64,000 bases of DNA from a virus (lineage: Duplodnaviria > Caudoviricetes), in the IMG/VR virus record IMGVR_UViG_3300005239_000039, positions 17,625 to 81,624 of that record. One strand, given 5' to 3'. The notes under the pieces are model-generated. The model made no database searches, was not told the origin of the DNA, and saw only the letters and a list, made by a program, of their open reading frames with translations. The translations under genes and the position numbers were made by a program. Within the stretch, counting starts at the first letter, position 1. Every line of letters starts with the position of its first letter. Of the stretch, positions 30,527-40,119 are shown in pieces.

Positions 30527-31033
30527 ATGGTAAAGAAAAAACCAGAACATTATGTAAATAATAAAGAGTTTTTGTTTGAAATAAACAAATATAAAACTTT
30601 CCTTAAAAATGCTGAAAGTGAAGGTAAAACAAAATCAGATCTTTTAAAAGAGTCTAGAGAATTTAGAAAGACTCATGAATATCTAGGAACCTGTTTTAAA
30701 AAGATTGGTGATCATTTATCACATAAACCAAACTTTGTCAACTACATGTTTAAAGAAGACATGATTTCTGATGGTTTAGAAAACTGTATTGAATACGTTA
30801 CTAATTTTGATCCAGCTAAGTCAAGTAATCCATTTGCATACTTTACTCAAATTATCTACTTTGCATTTTTGAGAAGAATTGGTAAAGAGAAAAAACAATT
30901 AGAAATTAAAAATCGTATTATAGAAAAATCTGGGTTTGCTGAGGTCATGTCAGTAGATGATAGTTTTCTTTCTCGCACAAGTTCTGACTATAATACAATC
31001 AAGGAAAACATTCAAACAAAAATGAGCCGATGA
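30527..31033 (+). CDS. g55: Late sigma factor gp55
   Basis: HYVNNKEFL, PNFVNY.FKEDMISDGLENC..Y..NFDP.KS.NPFAYFTQIIY.AFLRRI.KEK. Confidence 0.95.
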   Translation: MVKKKPEHYVNNKEFLFEINKYKTFLKNAESEGKTKSDLLKESREFRKTHEYLGTCFKKIGDHLSHKPNFVNYMFKEDMISDGLENCIEYVTNFDPAKSSNPFAYFTQIIYFAFLRRIGKEKKQLEIKNRIIEKSGFAEVMSVDDSFLSRTSSDYNTIKENIQTKMSR

Positions 31034-31290
31034 CTCACGAAGAAATGCTGGATGAAGCGCAACGTCGCGAAGAAAACAACTACGAATGGATTGATGATTG
31101 TTTTCGTGTATGGGAAACCAGATACGGTATGTGGTCATCAGAAACAAAAGAAGGCAGAAAGATGCTAACAGGTATGCATAAAGATAATGTTATTATAATG
31201 ACAAGATGGCACCTAAAGTGTGAGCAAGAAGGATGGCCAGAAGGTAGTGTTCGTGTTGTGAATTCTGCCGTCATGGGAGTCAAACTTTGA
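31030..31290 (+). CDS. Hypothetical protein
   Basis: 86 aa, ATGA overlap with g55. Confidence 0.7.
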   Translation: MTHEEMLDEAQRREENNYEWIDDCFRVWETRYGMWSSETKEGRKMLTGMHKDNVIIMTRWHLKCEQEGWPEGSVRVVNSAVMGVKL

Positions 31291-32336
31291 AAGTTGCAGT
31301 TATTACGGATCAGCATTTTGGCGCACGAAAAGGAAACCAAAATCTTCATGAGTATTTTAAAAAATTCTATGACACCGTTTTCTTCCCAACCCTCAAAAAA
31401 GAAGGCATCGATACTATTATCGATATGGGTGATACTTTTGACACTCGTAAAGGGATTGATTTCTGGTCTCTTAATTGGGCTAAAGAGAACTATTACAATA
31501 TCCTTAGGGATATGGGTGTCACTGTACATACAATTGTTGGAAATCATACAGCATATTACAAAGACACTAACGACATTAATTCTGTTGACCTACTATTGCG
31601 AGAGTATGATAACGTTGTTGTTTATGGAAGTCCTACCGAAGTTAAAATTGGTGGTCTAGATATGTTCTTCATTCCATGGATTAACGAAGAAAATCGTGAA
31701 GAAACCATGGGAATGATAAATTCAACAAAATCAAAAATTGCTTTTGGTCATCTTGAGATGAGAGGATTTTTTGCAAATAAAACTTATATTTGTGAACATG
31801 GCGAAGATAAAACAAACTATAAGAAGTTTGAAAAAGTTTTTTCTGGACACTATCATCATAGAAATTTTCAAGATAATATCTACTACCTTGGAAATCCATA
31901 TGAAATTTATTGGCATGATGTAGAAGAAACTAGAGGATGTCACATTTTTGATACCGAAACTTTAGAGCATACTCCAGTAAATAATCCACATAGATTATTT
32001 CATATTATTTCATATGAAGATACTCCACATCAAACCTTTAATGCAGAACCATATAAAGATAAAATTGTTAAAGTTGTAGTTAATAAAAAAACTAACGGAT
32101 CTAAGTTTGAAAGATTTATTGATAAACTTTATCAAGCTGGAGTGAATGACTTGAAGATTATTGAAAATTTTGATTTTAATGGTTTTTATCAAAGTGATGA
32201 ATTTACAACTGATGAGTCAGAAAATACACTCTCTATTTTGAATAGATATGTTGATGAATCTGAATGTAGTTTAAATACTTCAAAGGTAAAATCAATTCTA
32301 GAAAAAGTTTACGCTTCAGCTTGCGAGGTTGATTAA
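31287..32336 (+). CDS. g47: Recombination nuclease gp47 (Mre11/SbcD-like)
   Basis: TDQHFG, MGDTFD, VGNH, GHLE, SGHYH metallophosphoesterase motifs. Confidence 0.95.
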   Translation: MKVAVITDQHFGARKGNQNLHEYFKKFYDTVFFPTLKKEGIDTIIDMGDTFDTRKGIDFWSLNWAKENYYNILRDMGVTVHTIVGNHTAYYKDTNDINSVDLLLREYDNVVVYGSPTEVKIGGLDMFFIPWINEENREETMGMINSTKSKIAFGHLEMRGFFANKTYICEHGEDKTNYKKFEKVFSGHYHHRNFQDNIYYLGNPYEIYWHDVEETRGCHIFDTETLEHTPVNNPHRLFHIISYEDTPHQTFNAEPYKDKIVKVVVNKKTNGSKFERFIDKLYQAGVNDLKIIENFDFNGFYQSDEFTTDESENTLSILNRYVDESECSLNTSKVKSILEKVYASACEVD

Positions 32337-32599
32337 TGTATATGCTTATTCATAAAAAAAGAAAAATGGAAGGTGCTTATGCAGTCTATAATAAAAAGCG
32401 TGAGAAAATTTTATTTTTCTTTGAAGAAGCAGATGATGCCGAAAGATATGCTATGATGTTGGAAACTCAGGATGAGGAAACTGGTTCAGTAGAAGCAGTA
32501 GAAGTTGATTCTGAACTTGCCATTAAAACTTGTGTGTTAAAAGGAGTAAATTATATAATTATTACACCCGATGATTTTGTTGTTCCACCAGTAAAATAG
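32336..32599 (+). CDS. Conserved hypothetical protein between g47 and g46
   Basis: 87 aa, LFFFEEADDAERYAMML, IITPDDFVVPP. Confidence 0.75.
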   Translation: MYMLIHKKRKMEGAYAVYNKKREKILFFFEEADDAERYAMMLETQDEETGSVEAVEVDSELAIKTCVLKGVNYIIITPDDFVVPPVK

Positions 32600-32600
32600 T

Positions 32601-34305
32601 ATGATTTATTGAGAGTATTCGTTGGCGTAATTTTTGTCAACAGGTGATCAATGGACTGAAATAAATTTGTGAAAACAGTAATACTATTATTATTGGTTCC
32701 AACGGATCTGGAAAATCAACCTTGCTAGATGCATTGTCTTTTTCCTTATTCAATAAACCATTCCGCAAAATTAATAAACCACAATTAGTCAACACAGTCA
32801 ATGAAAAGACTTGTCTTGTGGAGGTTAAATTTGAGGTTGGAAATAAAAAATATTTTGTTCGGAGAGGAATGAAACCGAACGTCTTTGATATTGAAGTCAA
32901 TGGAGTAGCTCTTCATAAAGAAGCAGATGATAGATCAAACCAAAGAATATTAGAAGAGAATATTTTAAAACTAAATCATAAATCTTTTACTCAAGTTGTA
33001 ATTCTGGGAAGCTCAACATTTGTTCCCTTTATGCAATTGTCTAGTGGTCATCGTAGAGAAGTTATTGAGGATATTTTAGACATTAGAATTTTCTCTGCAA
33101 TGAATTCACTCATCAAAGAAAACATTAAAACCTATAGAGAAAAAACAAAAATTCTTGATGTAAAAAAAGAATCTTTTCTTGAAAAAATTAGGATGCAACA
33201 AAATTTTATTGATGAGTTAGAAAATCGTAGTAAACAAAATATTAAACAGAAAGAAGATAGCATTCAAAATCTTCTTGTGGAAGAGAATGATACGATTAAT
33301 AACAATTCTGAAACTCAAATTAAAGTCAATGATCTTCAGAAAGATTTAGAATTATATTCCAGTGCTTCTATAAAGTTGCGTAAACTAGGGAATCTTAGAG
33401 GTAAAATATCTCAAAAGGTATCTACCATCACTAAAGAGCATAAGTTTTTCACAGAAAATACGGTCTGCCCTACATGTACACAAGACATAGAAGAAGAGTT
33501 TCGATTAAATAGAATTAGTACTGCTCAAAATAAAGCACAAGAGTTGCAATCTGGTTTCAATGAACTGGAGGGTGCAATTAAAGAGGAAGAACAACGAGAG
33601 CAGCAATTCAAAACTATTAGCAAGGAGATTGTAAACCTCAACCATGAGATTTCTAAAAACAATTCAACAATATCTAGTTTTCAGAGGCAGGTACGTCAAC
33701 TCGAATCTGAAATTCAAACTATTGCCAGTCAGCTCGAGAACAGAAATTCTGAACATGAGAAATTAATTTCATTTCAGACACAATTAGATAAACTCTATAC
33801 AGATCTTTCTGAGCATAAAGAATCTCTAAAATACTACGACTTTGCGTTTTCACTTCTCAAAGATGGTGGGGTCAAGAGACAAATCATTAAAAAATATTTG
33901 CCTCTAATAAATCAACAAGTTAATCGTTACTTGAGGATGATGGATTTTTACATCAACTTCCAGTTAGATGAAGAATTTAATGAGACTATTCAATCCCCTA
34001 TTCATGACAAATTCTCATATGCATCTTTCAGTGAAGGTGAAAAAATGAGAATTGATCTTGCATTGTTGTTTACTTGGAGAGAGATTGCTAGATCTAAAAA
34101 TTCTGTCAATACTAATCTTCTTGTTATGGATGAAGTTTTTGATAGTTCTCTAGATGGATTTGGTACAGAAGAATTTTTAAAGATCATCAAATATGTTATT
34201 AAGGGTGCAAATACCTTTGTAATCTCCCATAAAGATGGCCTTTACGATAAGTTTGATAATGTAATTAAATTTGATAAGGTAAAAGGTTTTAGTAAGATAG
34301 TCTAA
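32601..34305 (+). CDS. g46: Recombination ATPase gp46 (Rad50/SbcC-like); 5' end corrupted by about 5 missing T residues
   Basis: Restored N-term MILFESIRWRNFLSTGDQWTEINFCENSNTIIIGSNGSGKST. Zinc hook CPTC, signature SFSEGEK, Walker B MDEVFD. Restores to about 569 aa. Confidence 0.9.
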
Positions 34306-34329
34306 ATAATCAGGATATGACTTAGGTTT

Positions 34330-34644
34330 ATGCTTTCTACACAGTACAGACTGCGCCTAGAATTCATCTGCAAGTGTATCGCAAATGGAGAAGAAGTAAA
34401 GTTGTCTGATATGATTTGGGCAAATAAACTTGCAAAGGCAAATACCTCTGCCAATGAAATGTTAAAGATGGCCCGCCGTCAAATTACACATAAGATTGAA
34501 GAAGGTAGTACAGATGATTTTCTGAATAGGATGGGATTAGGTGATCCCGACCCATCCAATCACAAAACGGGATTTACTGATGCTGACGATATTAAAAGTT
34601 GGTTTCACCAAGACAAACCAGATGATTGGAGACAACGTGACTGA
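34330..34644 (+). CDS. Conserved cyanophage hypothetical protein
   Basis: 104 aa. CTAAATA at 34302-34308 upstream. Confidence 0.75.
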   Translation: MLSTQYRLRLEFICKCIANGEEVKLSDMIWANKLAKANTSANEMLKMARRQITHKIEEGSTDDFLNRMGLGDPDPSNHKTGFTDADDIKSWFHQDKPDDWRQRD

Positions 34645-34768
34645 TTATGTCTGTATCCAGACATGGGATCCCATTTTTGAGATGATGCGCTATCATTGGG
34701 TACACAAGTCTGAAAAAGATCCTGTGCAATTTGTGAAAAATCTCAACCCAGAGCAAAAAGTGCTATGA
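34637..34768 (+). CDS. Hypothetical protein (43 aa, GTG start)
   Basis: 3' part of track ORF 34541-34768, coupled to its neighbours. Confidence 0.5.
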   Translation: MTDYVCIQTWDPIFEMMRYHWVHKSEKDPVQFVKNLNPEQKVL

Positions 34769-35064
34769 GTAGTAAGATGCTATTCCTAGTTGACATTGGT
34801 AATGGTAGATGTCTCAGTCATGATGGATACATCCAAATTGGTATTTTTTCTCATAGTGTAGAGAAGCATCTAGAGCTAAATCCTGAACAAGAATGGCAGG
34901 TAACATACTGGATGCCTGATCCATTCTGTATCAGATACCCACGACCAAACTATCAGCATACTATGAAGGCGAATGAAGGTTCTCCTAAGACTGATAATGC
35001 ATTAGATAGTCGTCCTAGGGACTTTCCAGACCAAGCAACTGAAAGACTTGAGAGAACATTATGA
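34765..35064 (+). CDS. Hypothetical protein
   Basis: 99 aa, ATGA overlaps. Confidence 0.7.
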   Translation: MSSKMLFLVDIGNGRCLSHDGYIQIGIFSHSVEKHLELNPEQEWQVTYWMPDPFCIRYPRPNYQHTMKANEGSPKTDNALDSRPRDFPDQATERLERTL

Positions 35065-35213
35065 AGATGTGGGAGACAGAATGCTCTGGGTGTGGTAAAA
35101 TGGTTCCAGCGAATCAAACACCTCAAGTTGGATGCTATGTCCCGTCCGAGAAAAGATACAAGAATTCGTTATGTAAACCTTGCTGGGTGAAAAAGAACAA
35201 TGGACAAAATTGA
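35061..35213 (+). CDS. 50-aa Zn-ribbon protein (not in the ORF track)
   Basis: MKMWETECSGCGKMVP...SLCKPCWVKKNNGQN*. ATGA overlap. Confidence 0.65.
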   Translation: MKMWETECSGCGKMVPANQTPQVGCYVPSEKRYKNSLCKPCWVKKNNGQN

Positions 35214-35364
35214 TACTCAAGGCATGAGTCTTCCTGGTAAATCAAAGAAACCAAGTAGTTATGCTCCTATGCCAGTAAAGCCCCGTACAATCTTTACACC
35301 AGAAGAACGTATAGAGTTGAAACAAATTATTCATGAGGCACTTGACGAGAGGGAGAAAGCATGA
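35200..35364 (+). CDS. 54-aa hypothetical protein (not in the ORF track)
   Basis: MDKIDTQGMSLPGK...EALDEREKA*. Stop overlaps the purS ATG. Confidence 0.65.
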   Translation: MDKIDTQGMSLPGKSKKPSSYAPMPVKPRTIFTPEERIELKQIIHEALDEREKA

Positions 35365-35636
35365 AGTTTAAAGCATTAGTATTCATCCGACTACGATCAC
35401 AGGTTGATGACTCACCTGGCAACGCCGTGAGGGATGGTAGTAGGCGATTGTCTGAGTTAGATATCAAGAAACTTAGACTTGGTAAGGTGATTGATATTTG
35501 GTTGGAAGCAGAGAGTAGAGAGTATGCAGAGAAGGAACTTGAAATGCTATCTGATCGTTTCTATGCTAATACAGTCATGGAAGATTGGGATTATGAACTG
35601 ACTGAGATTGACGCTTTCCCTAAAGGTATTGAATAA
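35361..35636 (+). CDS. purS: PurS subunit of FGAM synthase (auxiliary metabolic gene)
   Basis: MKFKA.V.I.LR..V.D..G.AV, RLGK.I.I.LEA, L.DR.YAN.V.ED...E pattern. Confidence 0.8.
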   Translation: MKFKALVFIRLRSQVDDSPGNAVRDGSRRLSELDIKKLRLGKVIDIWLEAESREYAEKELEMLSDRFYANTVMEDWDYELTEIDAFPKGIE

Positions 35637-35830
35637 TGGATGATTTTAACACACCAGGATCTAATAAATCTTGGATGGATGAGGGTTTCAAGAAATTTAT
35701 AGTTGAGCATCAACTAGGTAATGTTGTAAATATATTAGATGCTGAAATCAAACGTTGTCGTGTTTATAACAGCGACAATAGAGATGAAGTGCATCACCAA
35801 ATAACTATCACATATAGACAAAACAAATGA
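35636..35830 (+). CDS. Hypothetical protein
   Basis: 64 aa, coupled to its neighbours. Confidence 0.65.
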   Translation: MDDFNTPGSNKSWMDEGFKKFIVEHQLGNVVNILDAEIKRCRVYNSDNRDEVHHQITITYRQNK

Positions 35831-36090
35831 CAGCAGTAATTTACACTAACGGAAATCAAGAGTGTGAGCGTCTGGCCATGCTTCTCATGTCAATGGATGG
35901 AGAATTTTTGGAGTATAAACTAAATAATCATTTTACACAAAGATCTTTTGAAGCAGAGTTTGGATCGAATGCTGAATATCCACAGGCTTCCATTGATACT
36001 AAACATATCGGTGGTCTGAAAGATGTGCTACACTACCTAAAAGAAAACCATTTTCTCCATGAAAGTCCCGAATTGGCAGCATCACTCTAA
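35827..36090 (+). CDS. Glutaredoxin-like protein with single-Cys active site (NQEC)
   Basis: IYT.G...C, cis-Pro region YPQ, HIGG motif. Confidence 0.7.
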   Translation: MTAVIYTNGNQECERLAMLLMSMDGEFLEYKLNNHFTQRSFEAEFGSNAEYPQASIDTKHIGGLKDVLHYLKENHFLHESPELAASL

Positions 36091-36280
36091 GAAGAGTCAA
36101 AAGAGAAAACTCAAACCTCAGGCAATGCGTTCCCGAAAGGAAGCACTGAGACACTTCAAGAACTGTCACATGACCTCCCCCAAAAAGGGAGGTTCTTTTG
36201 TATACTACGTTCATACGAAACAAATCAATGGCAGTCTCTCACGAAATCAAATCTCAACTTGCCAAACTTCTGGCAACTGA
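36059..36280 (+). CDS. Small basic hypothetical protein overlapping a promoter element
   Basis: MKVPNWQHHSKK..KRKLKPQA. The 3' extent is uncertain. Confidence 0.5.
   Translation: MKVPNWQHHSKKSQKRKLKPQAMRSRKEALRHFKNCHMTSPKKGGSFVYYVHTKQINGSLSRNQISTCQTSGN
36150..36206 (+). promoter_or_regulatory. Promoter: GACACTT-N4-AACTGTC palindrome, hairpin, -10 TATACT
   Basis: Near-palindrome 36150-36167, stem ACCTCCC/GGGAGGT 36173-36193, TATACT 36201-36206. Confidence 0.6.
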
Positions 36281-38390
36281 AGACCTTGTGGTTGAGCATA
36301 AGAAAGTTCGTACTGCTTCCTTTAACGTCCACACACGGGTCCTAACTCTTCCTATGTGGGAAAAGGCGTCTAATATCGTTTATGATCTTCTGGTGGGTCA
36401 TGAAGTGGGCCATGCATTGTATACTCCTGATATAGATTGGAGTAAAGACCGAGTTATCCCACCATCTTTTGTAAATATTGTTGAAGATGCTCGTATCGAA
36501 AAGATGATGAAGCGTCGTTATGGTGGTCTATCTAAAACTTTCTTCGCTGGTTATCAAGAACTTTCAGACGAAGATTTTTTTGAAGTTGAAGATGAAGATA
36601 TCAGTAAAATGAGTCTTGCAGATCGTGCAAATTTATACTTCAAAATTGGAAACTATATTGATATTCCTTTTGCTAATCAGGAGGAGGATCGCCTGATCCA
36701 AGCAGTTGCAAATTGTGAAACATTTGATGATGTTCTTGATGTGTCCGAAGAAATTTATAATTACTGTAAAGAGACTCAAGAAAATAATTCTGTAGATTTA
36801 AAACCAACATCACAAAATCAAGACCCTAATGGTCAACAGGATAGTGATCAACAGCAAGATAAAGAATGGTTTACTGAAGAAAATCCTGATGAAAAGGGTG
36901 AAGAATTAGAAAGAACTGATCCAGATCTTGATACTCCAAGTTATCAGCAGGAAGATCAACCCTCTGATAATGAACCAGAAGTTAAGACTGATGCAGCTTT
37001 CGATAAAAATATTGAAGATCTTATTGATGATTTATCTACCACTGAGAATAATTATGTTGAACTTCCAAAACTTGATCTGGATAAAATCATTATAGATGCT
37101 ACAAAGTTTCATGAATATCTAAACAAATCTTTTGATGATATGCAAGAAGAATCTGATAGTAGACATATCATGTATGAAAGAACTCCAGTTAATATCTATG
37201 AAATAGCTGATACTCAGTACAAAACATTTAAAAAATCTGCTCAGAAAGAAGTCAGTTATCTTGTAAAAGAATTTGAATGTAAAAAATCTGCTGCTTCTTA
37301 TTCCCGAGCAACTACTGCTCGTACTGGAGTTTTAGATTGTTCCAAACTACACACCTATAAGTACAACGAAGATCTCTTTAAGAAAGTTACAACTCTTGCT
37401 GATGGTAAGAACCATGGTTTGGTGTTTGTTCTTGATTGGAGTGGTTCAATGTCAGGAACTCTTTTGGACACTATCAAACAACTATTCAACTTGATTTGGT
37501 TTTGTAAAAAAACTAATATTCCTTTTGAAGTCTATGCGTTCACTAACAACTGGAGAGAACCTGATCCTAATCGCAACGGATATTTTAAAATCCCAGACCC
37601 ATCTTATGAATTGAAAGATGGTATTCTACAAGTCAGTAAAGACTTTAATTTACTTAATATGCTCAGTAATAGAATCAAAACTTCCGAGTTTGAAAATTGT
37701 ATGAAAAATGTCTGGAGACTTTGTGCTGCATATAGTAATACATCTAGCATGTATGATGTTCCATCTCATGCTGGATTATCTGGAACACCTCTCAATGAAG
37801 CAATTGTTTGCCTAAATCAAATTCTTCCAGACTTTAAAAAGAAAAACAAACTTGAAAAAGTTCAATGTGTTATTTTGACTGATGGTGAAGCTCATCCTCT
37901 AAATCGTCACGTTGAAATCTCATATGCATATAATAAAGAAGAAAGTTTTATTGGCACTAGGTCTGTTTATCCAAATGCAACTTTTCTTCGTGATCGTAAA
38001 CTTGGTAAAACCTATTGTTTTGGTTATGGGTATCATAAGTTCACGGAAACTCTTTTAAATAATCTTCGTGATCGTTATCCAGATATTAACTTTATTGGTA
38101 TTCGTGTTCTTGGTCCTCGCGAAGCAACAAAATTCATGCAAATGTATTTAAACTCTGCAGAGTTTCTTAATGCAGAAAAATCTTGGAAAAATAATCGTAG
38201 TTTTTCTATGAAAGATGTAGGATACACTGCATACTTTGGGATCTCCTCAAATGGACTTTCCCAGAATTCTGAATTTGAAGTTAATGATAATGCAACTAAA
38301 GGTCAAATCCGAAGTGCATTCAAGAAGTCTTTAAACTCCAAGAAAATGAACAAGAAAGTTCTTTCAGAATTCATCTCCCTTGTCTGCTGA
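36228..38390 (+). CDS. HEXXH metallopeptidase plus VWA domain protein (often annotated CobT-like)
   Basis: HEVGH, NIVEDARIE, VWA MIDAS DWSGS, GTP, LTDG. ATG at 36228 preferred over the track start. Confidence 0.85.
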   Translation: MAVSHEIKSQLAKLLATEDLVVEHKKVRTASFNVHTRVLTLPMWEKASNIVYDLLVGHEVGHALYTPDIDWSKDRVIPPSFVNIVEDARIEKMMKRRYGGLSKTFFAGYQELSDEDFFEVEDEDISKMSLADRANLYFKIGNYIDIPFANQEEDRLIQAVANCETFDDVLDVSEEIYNYCKETQENNSVDLKPTSQNQDPNGQQDSDQQQDKEWFTEENPDEKGEELERTDPDLDTPSYQQEDQPSDNEPEVKTDAAFDKNIEDLIDDLSTTENNYVELPKLDLDKIIIDATKFHEYLNKSFDDMQEESDSRHIMYERTPVNIYEIADTQYKTFKKSAQKEVSYLVKEFECKKSAASYSRATTARTGVLDCSKLHTYKYNEDLFKKVTTLADGKNHGLVFVLDWSGSMSGTLLDTIKQLFNLIWFCKKTNIPFEVYAFTNNWREPDPNRNGYFKIPDPSYELKDGILQVSKDFNLLNMLSNRIKTSEFENCMKNVWRLCAAYSNTSSMYDVPSHAGLSGTPLNEAIVCLNQILPDFKKKNKLEKVQCVILTDGEAHPLNRHVEISYAYNKEESFIGTRSVYPNATFLRDRKLGKTYCFGYGYHKFTETLLNNLRDRYPDINFIGIRVLGPREATKFMQMYLNSAEFLNAEKSWKNNRSFSMKDVGYTAYFGISSNGLSQNSEFEVNDNATKGQIRSAFKKSLNSKKMNKKVLSEFISLVC

Positions 38391-38391
38391 A

Positions 38392-38445
38392 CCAGTTGGG
38401 GAACTGGCGGCCACCTCTCCATTCCCACTCATCATCCGTTATAAT
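38392..38445 (+). promoter_or_regulatory. Promoter: CCAGTT-N4-AACTGG palindrome plus -10 TATAAT
   Basis: Perfect inverted repeat 38392-38407, TATAAT 38440-38445, no -35. Confidence 0.65.
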
Positions 38446-38467
38446 AAGTACATCAAACAAACCACCC

Positions 38468-39532
38468 ATGGCAATTTCCTCCGAGTACATCGTTTCATCT
38501 CTTCAGCAAATCTATGGAGATAAAATTTCTTCTGGAGATTTACGTGCTTGGTCTGCACTAAATGGAGTTAGTTATCAGACTATCACTAATAAACTTGCTG
38601 ATCGTAAAATTGGTCGTGGTAAGTGGAATCTAGAAGTAACGCAAGAAACTGTGAATGAATTAGAAGTAACTTATAGTGCTCCAGCAGCATTACCCGCAAT
38701 CGAACAAAATCTTGTTCCTGAAAAAGATGTTAACTTCGTCCAGTTTGGTAACTTTAAAGATCTTAAAAAGATTATTAACTCCCGTAATTTTTATCCAACG
38801 TTCATCACGGGTCTTTCGGGTAATGGTAAAACGTTCTCTGTGGAGCAAGCATGTGCTATTCTAAATAGAGAGTTAATTCGCGTGAACATCACGATTGAAA
38901 CCGACGAGGATGATCTTATTGGTGGGTTCCGTCTTGTTAACGGCGAAACTGTTTGGCATAATGGTCCTGTCATCGAAGCTTTGGAACGTGGAGCTGTGTT
39001 GCTTCTAGACGAGGTTGACCTTGCATCAAACAAGATCTTATGCCTACAATCTGTTCTTGAAGGTAGAGGTGTTTTTCTTAAAAAGACTGGTCGTTTTGTA
39101 AAACCTGCTGCTGGTTTCAACATCATTGCTACTGCTAATACTAAAGGTAAGGGATCCGAGGACGGACGATTTATTGGAACTAACGTGCTCAATGAAGCAT
39201 TCCTTGAAAGATTCCCAGTAACATTTGAACAAGAGTATCCTCTACCTGCAACAGAGCAGAAGATCCTCACTTCTATGATTGATGATAATCAATTTTGTAA
39301 GAATCTTGTAGATTGGGCAGACATCATCCGCAAAACATTTTTTGATGGAGGTGTTGAAGAAGTGATTAGTACACGTCGTTTGGTTCATATTGTTCAAGCA
39401 TATATCATCTTTGGTGATAAGGCAAAGGCAATTCAAGTTTGCCTAAATCGTTTTGATGACGAAACAAAACAGTCTTTCTTGGAATTATATGACAAAGTTG
39501 ACTCTGATTTTAATTTGACTATTGAAGAATGA
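38468..39532 (+). CDS. cobS: MoxR/CobS-like AAA+ ATPase
   Basis: Walker A GLSGNGKT, Walker B LLLDE, IATANT, NEAFLERF, STRRL. Confidence 0.9.
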   Translation: MAISSEYIVSSLQQIYGDKISSGDLRAWSALNGVSYQTITNKLADRKIGRGKWNLEVTQETVNELEVTYSAPAALPAIEQNLVPEKDVNFVQFGNFKDLKKIINSRNFYPTFITGLSGNGKTFSVEQACAILNRELIRVNITIETDEDDLIGGFRLVNGETVWHNGPVIEALERGAVLLLDEVDLASNKILCLQSVLEGRGVFLKKTGRFVKPAAGFNIIATANTKGKGSEDGRFIGTNVLNEAFLERFPVTFEQEYPLPATEQKILTSMIDDNQFCKNLVDWADIIRKTFFDGGVEEVISTRRLVHIVQAYIIFGDKAKAIQVCLNRFDDETKQSFLELYDKVDSDFNLTIEE

Positions 39533-40116
39533 TACAAGTCTCTCAAAAATGCCCAGAAGTTTGGTATATAAAAAACCTCTTCTGTGAAGAAATATATGAA
39601 GGAATTCTTGAAGAGTTCCTTCCGTTTTATTCTCAATGGGTTTTTGATAAACATGAGAATGTAAATGATCCAATTTTTGGAATGCTTTACTGTACTCATG
39701 ATCATACAGAATCTTGGCCCTACAGTACAAATTTTCAGTTTATCAGAGCGGCAACTATTGCCAAACTTCAAGTTCAAAAGATTTTGAAAAGAGATTTGGA
39801 ATTGATTAGAATCAATACTAATATTCAATTTCATGGTCAAGACTCTGCCTTTCACACTGACGATGATTATTATATTGATAATGCTGATTCTAGGTGTTGG
39901 ACAGTTGTTGTCTTTTCCGAATACGATTGGGATGCAACATGGGGTGGTCAGGTAGAAATTCAAACTGAAAGAGATTCTGAAGACTACATTGCACTTCCAT
40001 TCATGCCCAATTGTGCTGTTTTATTTGACGGGAGTTTGTATCATAGAGGATTGGCTCCTAACAGATTCGCTCAATGTGAAAGGAAAACACTTGCATTTTT
40101 ATTCAAAGAGGTGTAG
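39529..40116 (+). CDS. 2OG-Fe(II) oxygenase (prolyl-hydroxylase-like)
   Basis: FHTD, WGG, YHRG, RKTLAF. Confidence 0.85.
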   Translation: MIQVSQKCPEVWYIKNLFCEEIYEGILEEFLPFYSQWVFDKHENVNDPIFGMLYCTHDHTESWPYSTNFQFIRAATIAKLQVQKILKRDLELIRINTNIQFHGQDSAFHTDDDYYIDNADSRCWTVVVFSEYDWDATWGGQVEIQTERDSEDYIALPFMPNCAVLFDGSLYHRGLAPNRFAQCERKTLAFLFKEV

Positions 40117-40119
40117 AAT

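Noticed and set aside
36228-39532. Cobalamin biosynthesis (cobaltochelatase) assignment
   Set aside because: No CobN in the window, and the VWA protein carries a peptidase motif. The cobS name is retained only as a family label.
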